From contig JAIPHU010000003.1 in the NCBI GenBank assembly GCA_021735045.1, forward strand, positions 1 through 32,000: 32,000 nucleotides of DNA, written 5' to 3'. Position 1 is the first letter of the stretch. Each line of letters opens with the position of its first letter. A model generated the notes under the pieces. The model saw only the letters and a program-made list of their open reading frames with translations, was not told the DNA's origin and did not search any database. Origin of the DNA: Candidatus Omnitrophota bacterium. GTDB lineage: Bacteria > Omnitrophota > Gorgyraeia > Duberdicusellales > 4484-171. Position numbers and translations under genes: made by a program. This document shows positions 1 through 7,128 of the stretch, piece after piece.

Positions 1-584
1 CGCAAAATATAAGGTGCAGTGGTATTATCAACAATCAAAGGGATTCCATTTTTATGAGCAATCTTAGATAATCCTTCAATATCAGCTACATCTAATTTTG
101 GATTTCCGATTGATTCGGTATAAATAGCTTTCGTTTTATTTGTAATGGCTTCTTTAAAAGCCTCTAAGTTCTGGGAATCAACAAACTTCACTTTTATGCC
201 TAACTTTTTAAAGGTATAACGAAAAAGAGTATAAGTTCCCCCATAGAGATTATCAGCAGAAACAATCTCATCTCCACTTTGAGCAATATTTAAAATAGCC
301 AATGAAATAGCAGACATACCACTAGCTGTAGCCAATGCTCCCACTCCTCCTTCTAAAGCAGCCATTCTTTTTTCAAAAACATCTGTAGTCGGGTTCATTA
401 TTCGCGTATAGATATTACCGAATTCTTTTAAGGCAAATAAATTAGCTGCCTGTTCTGAGTCTTTAAATTGAAAAGACGTAGTTTGATAAATTGGAACTGC
501 TCGAGCACCAGTAGCCGAATCTGCTTCTTGGCCTCCGTGAAGAAGGATGCTTTCCGGTTTTAATCTTTGATCAATTTTACTCAT
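1..584 (-). CDS. metY: O-acetylhomoserine/O-acetylserine sulfhydrylase, PLP-dependent (N-terminal part; runs off the window start)
   Basis: Not in the ORF track because it is truncated. Reverse translation from the ATG at 584-582 reads [80 protein letters not shown]..., typical of the Cys/Met-metabolism PLP family (MetY/CysD type). GGAGG (594-590) lies 5 nt upstream of the ATG. Confidence 0.8.
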   Translation of the reverse strand, partial: MSKIDQRLKPESILLHGGQEADSATGARAVPIYQTTSFQFKDSEQAANLFALKEFGNIYTRIMNPTTDVFEKRMAALEGGVGALATASGMSAISLAILNIAQSGDEIVSADNLYGGTYTLFRYTFKKLGIKVKFVDSQNLEAFKEAITNKTKAIYTESIGNPKLDVADIEGLSKIAHKNGIPLIVDNTTAPYIL

Positions 585-592
585 AATTACCT

Positions 593-696
593 CCATTAAA
601 AATGCAATTATTTAGCGAATACCTTTATTTTTAATGGCATCGAGCCGACTTCCTCAGCGCAATGCAACATTTTTGTTTGAACCTGTTTTGTCGCAT
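593..696 (-). repeat. Copy A of a bipartite structured intergenic element (strand assignment tentative)
   Basis: Both modules recur near-identically at 29784-29960: the 5' module ATGCGACAAAACAGGTTCAAACAAAAATGTTGCAT and the 3' module GCCAT..AAATAAAGGTATTCGCTAAATAATTGCATTTTTAATGG (minus sense). Each contains hairpins. See findings. Confidence 0.6.
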
Positions 697-1688
697 TAAA
701 TCATATATGCCCGGTATTTATTATTTTCAGGCTTTGTAGCTGTAACTGTTTCATCAACTTTCTTTTTATGATTTATTATATTTACCTTTATTTTATCTTT
801 TGTGGAGCTATATCTGGCAATGATAGTTGTACATAAATTTTTTATCGGCTCATTCATTTTTCCCCTTCCTAAACCAGTAGGGCCGGGCTTATCCAAAGGC
901 CTAAATATAAAGTCATCTTCTCTTTTTAAACTCTCCATTTTTTTATTTTCAGACTCATCTCTACCTACAATAAACTTAAAATCAGGATTAAACCTAAAAT
1001 GCCTGCCTACCTTAAGAAGTTCAATATTATCTAAATTAAATTGATCTTTTTTTATAATATCTTGAAGACGGCGAGAAAATCCTGAATCCGTTAACAAACA
1101 ACCTCCTCCAGCCCAAAAATAATTTTCTATTTTATATTTATTCGCAAATTCAAGCTGAACCTTTCTGCTTCTTCCCGAAATTGATAATAAATTATCTCTT
1201 TTTACCCATCTTTTTTTCTCGGGAATAGTTTCAGGAAATAATTGTGCTGAAAGCGGGCGCAACACTAAACCCTCAAGGCCTGATTCTCTTTCTACATTAA
1301 ATAAAGCTTTTCGATGTTGAGACATCGGGCGTTGGCCCAAGACCTCACCTGTAATTATGAAAAAGGCTCCGATTTTATCCATATATTCTTTTGCCTTTTT
1401 TAATATATATATTCGACAATCAATACAAGGATTTAAATTCTTTCCAAACCCATGTTTTGGATTTTTGATAATTGATAAATAATTTTCATCTAAAACTTTA
1501 TTTTCGACCCTTATCCCTAACTGCTTTGAGATTTTATTAAGAAGAATTTGCTTTTGCTTTTCTGAAGAAACAGAGAAATGATTATCAAAATGTAGAGCCA
1601 CTACATCAATACCTTGCTCTTTAACTAATTTAGCGGCTATAATACTATCTAGGCCACCAGATAATAATGCTATTGCTTTGATTTTCAT
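696..1688 (-). CDS. PP-loop ATPase, ThiI/MnmA-like tRNA sulfurtransferase lacking a THUMP domain
   Basis: N-terminal SGGLDS PP-loop. GEVLGQRPMSQ resembles the ThiI motif. Three Cys are present (NPCIDC and GGGCLL). 330 aa. Confidence 0.6.
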   Translation of the reverse strand: MKIKAIALLSGGLDSIIAAKLVKEQGIDVVALHFDNHFSVSSEKQKQILLNKISKQLGIRVENKVLDENYLSIIKNPKHGFGKNLNPCIDCRIYILKKAKEYMDKIGAFFIITGEVLGQRPMSQHRKALFNVERESGLEGLVLRPLSAQLFPETIPEKKRWVKRDNLLSISGRSRKVQLEFANKYKIENYFWAGGGCLLTDSGFSRRLQDIIKKDQFNLDNIELLKVGRHFRFNPDFKFIVGRDESENKKMESLKREDDFIFRPLDKPGPTGLGRGKMNEPIKNLCTTIIARYSSTKDKIKVNIINHKKKVDETVTATKPENNKYRAYMI

Positions 1689-1705
1689 AATAAATCTTTA
1701 AAGAA

Positions 1706-1734
1706 TTTATATCACAGCTATAGGCAGGTGTCAA
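1706..1734 (-). promoter_or_regulatory. Sigma70-like promoter upstream of the PP-loop gene
   Basis: Minus sense reads TTGACA (1734-1729), a 17-nt spacer, then TATAAA (1711-1706). It lies between the nadA stop and the PP-loop start. Confidence 0.4.
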
Positions 1735-1745
1735 TTCAGGTGCTT

Positions 1746-2651
1746 CTAACTTAAATCCAACATCTTTTGAATACTTGCTTGTGCTTTAGAAATTATTTTT
1801 TCTTCAATTTTAACCTCATAACTTAAATCTTCTAAAGCTAGCAATAGTTTTTCTAAGTTAATTTTCTTCATATCAGGACAACTAGTTGCAGTAGAAGCCG
1901 GATAAAAAGTTTTATCTGGTACCGCTTTTTTAAGAGGATAGACCATTCCCGGTTCTGTGCCCACAATTATCTCTTTTGCTGTAGTTTCTTTAGCAAACTT
2001 AATCATCCCTGAGGTTGAAAGAGCTTGATCAGCTAAAGCTATAGTTTCGGGACGGCACTCAGGATGAACCATAATTTTTGCATCTGGATGGGCTTCTTTT
2101 TGTCTCTTTAAATCTTGCGGCATAATTTTTGCATGAGTTGGACAATAACCTTGCCAAATTATAAATTTACGATTAACTTGGCTTGCAGTATATTGAGCTA
2201 AAAATTGATCAGGAACAAAAATAATCTCCTCATCCGGCCCAAAAGCTTTTTTAACTACCCTCACTGAATTAGCCGAAGTACAACAAAGATCAGATTCAGC
2301 TTTTACCTCAGCCGGACTATTAACATAAGTCAATACTTTAGCTTGGGGATACTTTTTCTTTAATTCTAGTAATTGTTTTGCAGTTATCATATCAGCCATG
2401 GGACATCCGGCTTGCCTGTCAGGAATAATTACTTTTTTTTGCGGTGATAAAATTTTTGCAGTTTCAGCCATAAAATACACCCCACAAAAAATTATAATAT
2501 CTGCATCAGTAGCTGCTGCTTTTCTACTTAAACCTAAAGAATCGCCCATAAAATCAGCAATATCTTGAACTTCTGGATTTTGATAGTTATGAACCAAAAT
2601 TACAGCATTTTTTTCTTTTTTTAACCTCTTAATTTTATCAATTATATTCAT
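1746..2651 (-). CDS. nadA: Quinolinate synthase
   Basis: 301 aa. The sequence LVHNYQNPEVQDIADFMGDSLGLSR... and the overall layout are typical of NadA. Conserved Cys are present (GCPMA, YCPTH, SCPDM). Confidence 0.85.
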   Translation of the reverse strand: MNIIDKIKRLKKEKNAVILVHNYQNPEVQDIADFMGDSLGLSRKAAATDADIIIFCGVYFMAETAKILSPQKKVIIPDRQAGCPMADMITAKQLLELKKKYPQAKVLTYVNSPAEVKAESDLCCTSANSVRVVKKAFGPDEEIIFVPDQFLAQYTASQVNRKFIIWQGYCPTHAKIMPQDLKRQKEAHPDAKIMVHPECRPETIALADQALSTSGMIKFAKETTAKEIIVGTEPGMVYPLKKAVPDKTFYPASTATSCPDMKKINLEKLLLALEDLSYEVKIEEKIISKAQASIQKMLDLS

Positions 2652-3699
2652 CTAAAGCCTCCTCAATTATTCCTCCGCCTAAAACTATATCTTTATTATA
2701 AAATACTACCGCTTGCCCTGGAGTAATCGCTTCTTGTTTATGCAAAAAAATAGCCTTTAATTTTTTACCATAGTTTTCTAAACTACAAACAGCCTCTTTA
2801 TGAGCATAGCGAATCTTTGCTTTGGTTTTTTTAGGAAAAACATCCACGAAGAGATTAAGATTCCCCGCAATAAGACCTTTTTTCTTTAATCTTTTTTTCT
2901 TCCCTACAACAATTTTATTGTTTTTTGCATCAATAGCTAGAACATACAATGGTTCTTTGGCACTTATCCCTAGCCCTTTTCTTTGACCAATGGTATAAAA
3001 AGATATCCCTTTATGTTTTCCTAGAGCTTCTCCGTCTGTATTTACAATTAAACCGCATTTTTCTCTTCCTTTTTTAACTTTAATAAAATCCGTATATTTT
3101 TTCTGCAAAATAAAACAAAGATCTTGGCTTTGAGGTTTATCGAAAACTGATAGTTGTCTTTCTTTAGCGATATCTTGAATTTGTTCCTTCTTATAATCAG
3201 CTAAAGGAAATAAAATATCAGCTAAATTTTCTTTTTTTATTGAGTAAATAAAATATGTCTGATCTTTAGTCTTATCTTTAGGCTTTTTTAATAAAAATCT
3301 ATCTTTGTTTTTTTCAATTTTGGCATAATGGCCTGTTGCTAAAAAATTAAAACCTAATTTTTTTGCTTTTTTTAATAAAGCTCCAAATTTTATAACCTTA
3401 TTACAATGCACGCAAGGATTAGGAGTTTTACCTTCTAAATATCCTTTTAGAAAATTTTCTATTACTTTATTTTCTAAATCTTTTGAAAAATCTATTATGT
3501 AGTGTTTTATTTTTAATTGTTTTGCTATTTGCTTAGCATCTTCTATATTTTTTTGTTCAATTTTTCTTGACTCGCTATCTAAAGACTTATTGGCAAAAGA
3601 CATAGTAACGCCGGCAACAAAAAAACCAGCTTCTTTTAACAATAAAGCGGCAACAGATGAATCAACTCCACCACTCATTGCTACCATTACTTTTTTCAT
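2638..3699 (-). CDS. mnmA: tRNA-specific 2-thiouridylase
   Basis: 353 aa. SGGVDSSVAA PP-loop, NPCVHCN, DQTYFI and QDLCF catalytic Cys region. Overlaps the nadA start by 14 nt. Confidence 0.85.
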   Translation of the reverse strand: MKKVMVAMSGGVDSSVAALLLKEAGFFVAGVTMSFANKSLDSESRKIEQKNIEDAKQIAKQLKIKHYIIDFSKDLENKVIENFLKGYLEGKTPNPCVHCNKVIKFGALLKKAKKLGFNFLATGHYAKIEKNKDRFLLKKPKDKTKDQTYFIYSIKKENLADILFPLADYKKEQIQDIAKERQLSVFDKPQSQDLCFILQKKYTDFIKVKKGREKCGLIVNTDGEALGKHKGISFYTIGQRKGLGISAKEPLYVLAIDAKNNKIVVGKKKRLKKKGLIAGNLNLFVDVFPKKTKAKIRYAHKEAVCSLENYGKKLKAIFLHKQEAITPGQAVVFYNKDIVLGGGIIEEALDEYN

Positions 3700-3727
3700 A
3701 ATTTATTTAAGGTTAATAGGTGGGTAA

Positions 3728-3946
3728 TCAACGAAAATTAATATTAATGCCTTTTTCTTCCAATTGCTGAAAAAGACGCTTTAATTCTTTACTACTACCT
3801 TGGAAACTAACAATTGCCCAGCCAGTTGCAGTTGAAAAAGACGCTTCTAAAATACGCGGCACAACTTTAAACTCTTTGATTATATTATAAAAAAAAGGTT
3901 CTTTCTTAAAACTTGTAGGGATGTTTAATTCAACTTCTTTTGTCAT
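3728..3946 (-). CDS. Stand-alone NIL-domain protein
   Basis: 72 aa. The pattern VELNIP..KEPFFYNIIKEFKVVPRILEASFS..TGWAIVSFQG...LKRLFQQLEEKGININ resembles the NIL domain found at the MetN C-terminus and in NIL-ferredoxin proteins. AGGAG lies upstream of the ATG. Confidence 0.55.
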   Translation of the reverse strand: MTKEVELNIPTSFKKEPFFYNIIKEFKVVPRILEASFSTATGWAIVSFQGSSKELKRLFQQLEEKGININFR

Positions 3947-3991
3947 TTAACACTCCTTATTTTTCTAAATTGTACCATATTTAGAAGATTT

Positions 3992-5254
3992 TTAAAATTT
4001 TTCTTTTGGTAGATTGAAATAACCCATTTTTATTTTGAAAAAATTATTGCTAATATTACTAATAAGATTTAATATCCCGGTAGGGTTTAAATTATATTTT
4101 GCTATTTTATTGGCATAATATAAAGGATCAATATTTAAATTCCGCCATTGGATCATATCTATTTTATTTTTTTTCAAAAATTTAATTAATTTATCTATTT
4201 GTTGTCTTGAATCACTAAAACCAGGAAAAATAAATAAATTGAGGGACACAAATTTATTATATTTATTAGCAACCTTAATTGATTTGCAAACATCTAAAAA
4301 GCGATAGTTTTTGGGCCGAAAATACAAATTATAGAATTTTTCTTCCGGGCTATTTAGGCTAATCCGAAAAGAATCAACTCCGGCTTGACAAAGTTGCTCT
4401 ATCTTATCTGGATAACTCCCATTGGTATTGATATTAATTGTTCCACGTTTAGTTTTTTGCCTAACCTGTTTTATGCTTTCTGCAATTAAATCGGCCTCCA
4501 ATAACGGCTCCCCTTCACAACCCTGGCCAAAACTAACGATTGCTTCTTTAGCCTGTTTTAGATGATTACTCATAATTTCAGACACCTCAAGAATACTCGG
4601 TTTAAAATTAATCCTTTGGTGCGAAGCAATGCAATTTTTATCTTGTTTGCTTAAACAACCAATACAGCGTGCATTGCAAAACCTTGCCACAGGCAAGGGC
4701 GCCTCCCATCGTTGCATAAAAAGATTTTTGGCCGCAAGACAATTATAGTTTAGAGCACAATTAAAAAGATGCCGGTAAAGGCGGTTCTGGGAATACTTTT
4801 TGAGAAAAATATTTGCATTTTTCTCAATTAATTTATTATTATAAAAACCCGGCGACTGTCTAATTCTTTTGTCAATCTTTTTTGCTGCCACTTTGAATTT
4901 ACCACCGTAAAATCCGCAAGCAGTATAAGCCCAAAGTGGCAGTTTTTGTCTCTTTTTGGCAAATTTTGCTGCAGGATTATATAAACGTAGATAAGACGGG
5001 GGGAGAAAAGCTGAAACTGGATATACTCTTTTTCCTTTAACTTTTTCTATTTGTTCAACCTTTTTAGTTAAAGGATCATATCCTAACGGATAACTATCTG
5101 GTAAATAAAAAAATGTTGTTCCTGAGGGAGCAGCAATTAATTCTTCCTGCCCAGGCAAGCAAAATTTATCTAACAATGCTCCTGCCATCCTTAAATAAGG
5201 ATGTGAATGAATTTTACCCTCTTTATCAGCAAACAATAAATATGGAAGATTCAT
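3992..5254 (-). CDS. Radical SAM enzyme (MoaA/NifB-like core) with an N-terminal extension of about 190 aa of unknown function
   Basis: CNARCIGC is a CX3CX2C motif. It is followed by GQGCEGEPLL and NINTNG, as in MoaA/NifB-type radical SAM cores. No SPASM-type Cys cluster is seen. Confidence 0.75.
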   Translation of the reverse strand: MNLPYLLFADKEGKIHSHPYLRMAGALLDKFCLPGQEELIAAPSGTTFFYLPDSYPLGYDPLTKKVEQIEKVKGKRVYPVSAFLPPSYLRLYNPAAKFAKKRQKLPLWAYTACGFYGGKFKVAAKKIDKRIRQSPGFYNNKLIEKNANIFLKKYSQNRLYRHLFNCALNYNCLAAKNLFMQRWEAPLPVARFCNARCIGCLSKQDKNCIASHQRINFKPSILEVSEIMSNHLKQAKEAIVSFGQGCEGEPLLEADLIAESIKQVRQKTKRGTININTNGSYPDKIEQLCQAGVDSFRISLNSPEEKFYNLYFRPKNYRFLDVCKSIKVANKYNKFVSLNLFIFPGFSDSRQQIDKLIKFLKKNKIDMIQWRNLNIDPLYYANKIAKYNLNPTGILNLISNISNNFFKIKMGYFNLPKEKF

Positions 5255-5359
5255 AAAATACCAAATTCGAATTTCAAAATTCGAAGCACGAAATAATTTA
5301 AAAAATCAAAAAAAGTATAATCCCTGTTTTAAAAAATTGAAATATTTAGACATTCGAAT

Positions 5360-7063
5360 TTATTGTAAAGCAACGCCGACAATTTGAGGATTAATGATCA
5401 GAATTAAACCTAAAACTACCATAATCACTCCACCAATTAACTTTATAATCTTAATTTGTCTCTGGCTAATTCTCTTAGCCTGGAAAGTATAGCCAAATAT
5501 TGCAACTATTACAACTAAGGGCAATACATAAATTAAATTATAAAATAGTATCCACAAATAATAACTACTAGACTCTATAGCGATTTTACCAGCAAGTACA
5601 GTTGTAAATATTATGGGAAAACCCGCCGTACAAGGAAGTTCAACAAATGAACTAAATACTGCTAACCCTATTGAAGACAAAATCAACACAAACACAGAAC
5701 CTTCCTCAGCTATCTTCCTCAATCGATTCATCTTTTTAACAAGAACTTCTTTTTGTTTTTGGCCAATAGTTAAAGAAACTCCTTTTTTAAAGAAAAAGAA
5801 ATCTTTACAATTAATTAATCCAGCTATAATTGCAATAACTCCAATAATTAACCGTAAAGGGGTAAAAAATCCAAAATATTTAAATATATTAAGCCAAGCT
5901 ACCATAAACAGAAAATAAAAAAGAAAAATAATAAATACAAAAACAAAACCTACTGCGTATATTTTCTTCTTATTACCCGAAGCTGAAACTAATAAAGCAA
6001 GCAGTAAAGTTAAAACAAATAAATTACAAGGATTAAAACCGTCAACAAGTGCAATAATAAAAGTAAAAAAGGGTAAGGGTAAATTAGCTCCAAACTCTTT
6101 TAAAAAATCAGTGGGGATATTTTTTGCTATAATAAAAATAAAGGCAAAAGTAACTAGCGAAATAATTATTATGCCTAAATTTTTTAAGGCTTTACTTTTT
6201 TTTGAAAATAATAATTTTATTTTTTTCCAAAATAATAACAAAAATAGCAATAATATGACTAAGGCTTCTAAACTAATATATAAGTTTTTAGTTTTGATTG
6301 TCTTTTGCAAAGATAGAATATAATCAGTTAAAAATTTTTTTTCGGTTTGATTGGGTTTGGGTTTATCCCTACTTACCTTTTCTTGCTCCCATTGAAATAT
6401 CCACCCTCCTATTTTTACTGCATTTTTAAAAAAAATTTTCCCTTTAGATATTAAAATATCTCTAGGTTTAATTTTTTTGGAATCTAGTTCTTCTAAATTT
6501 GATTTTAAATCAGATGATATAAGTAGCTTCTTTAATCTATTATTATTGCCATTTTTTTTACCTGAAATTAACACTCTGTCTTTATGCCAAATCTTTACCG
6601 CACCTGGTAATGAGTTTAAATCTAGCTCACTAAAAGATTCACTTTGACCTGAGGGCAAAGAACAAAAATTCACGTCTTTGGTCCTTAATGTTTTATCTAT
6701 TTTATTAATCTCTCTGCTTCCTAAAGCTTTTGAATCTTTATTTAACAAAAAGAAAGGTACTCCGGAACGAGTGTTAGACAAGTAATTATCAAAATATTCC
6801 ATAGCTATTTTTTTATTAGCTGAAGCTGATTTATAAATCTCATACTCAATAACTACTAAATCATCATATTCGGCAAGTAATTTAGAAAAAATTAAAGGAT
6901 CCGTCGTGGCACAGTTACTACATCCAATACCGGTAAGATATACAGCACAAAGATCGGGATATTTAGGAGAAACTTCTTTAGCGGAAGAAAAATTTATCGG
7001 GGCTAAAAATAATCCTAAAATAAATAATATTAATATAATTTCTGTATTTTTTTGCCTAAACAT
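5360..7063 (-). CDS. Fusion of a thiol:disulfide interchange membrane protein (DsbD/CcdA-type transmembrane domain) with an N-terminal exported thioredoxin-like CxxC domain
   Basis: Signal peptide, then GIGCSNCA (CxxC). The C-terminal multi-TM region carries FNPCNLF and LPCTAGFP, the two membrane-embedded Cys typical of the DsbD/CcdA family. Confidence 0.6.
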   Translation of the reverse strand: MFRQKNTEIILILFILGLFLAPINFSSAKEVSPKYPDLCAVYLTGIGCSNCATTDPLIFSKLLAEYDDLVVIEYEIYKSASANKKIAMEYFDNYLSNTRSGVPFFLLNKDSKALGSREINKIDKTLRTKDVNFCSLPSGQSESFSELDLNSLPGAVKIWHKDRVLISGKKNGNNNRLKKLLISSDLKSNLEELDSKKIKPRDILISKGKIFFKNAVKIGGWIFQWEQEKVSRDKPKPNQTEKKFLTDYILSLQKTIKTKNLYISLEALVILLLFLLLFWKKIKLLFSKKSKALKNLGIIIISLVTFAFIFIIAKNIPTDFLKEFGANLPLPFFTFIIALVDGFNPCNLFVLTLLLALLVSASGNKKKIYAVGFVFVFIIFLFYFLFMVAWLNIFKYFGFFTPLRLIIGVIAIIAGLINCKDFFFFKKGVSLTIGQKQKEVLVKKMNRLRKIAEEGSVFVLILSSIGLAVFSSFVELPCTAGFPIIFTTVLAGKIAIESSSYYLWILFYNLIYVLPLVVIVAIFGYTFQAKRISQRQIKIIKLIGGVIMVVLGLILIINPQIVGVALQ

Positions 7064-7107
7064 AATTAAATCATATTATATCAAATTATTTTCGGAATAA
7101 AACCTTA

Positions 7108-7128
7108 TTCCCACCTCTGAGGTGGGAA
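7108..7128 (+). promoter_or_regulatory. Perfect 8-bp hairpin sequestering the Shine-Dalgarno of the GH94-like gene
   Basis: TTCCCACC (7108-7115), loop TCTGA, GGTGGGAA (7121-7128), immediately followed by the ATG at 7129. Confidence 0.6.

Noticed and set aside
585-700. A SAM riboswitch upstream of metY
   Set aside because: metY is a classic SAM-riboswitch target. However, the sequence matches no SAM-I/II/III/IV/V/VI or SAM-SAH consensus that I can recall, and the same element also precedes tRNA-Val. That is hard to reconcile with methionine-specific control. It is kept as an unclassified structured repeat.
802-1044. Antisense ORFs from the six-frame track that lie inside or against longer, recognisable genes. 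They are 802-1044, 5613-5918, 6111-6323, 6906-7100, 8038-8268, 9344-9571, 11520-11711, 14420-14725, 15748-16011, 20943-21146, 21493-21678, 22101-22379, 25269-25484, 25759-26088, 26382-26702, 27570-27911, 29969-30154 and 30109-30321.
   Set aside because: Each is fully or largely embedded in a longer ORF with clear family motifs. Their translations are low-complexity (F/L/I/K/S-rich), as expected for shadows of AT-rich coding DNA, and none has a convincing SD.
3951-3985. An 8-bp hairpin ttctaaat-atggtaca-atttagaa and an extended -10-like TGGTACAAT between the radical SAM and NIL genes
   Set aside because: The stem is almost entirely A/T (a single G-C pair) and short. The -10-like box has no credible -35. 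It may be real, but it cannot be distinguished from chance in this composition.
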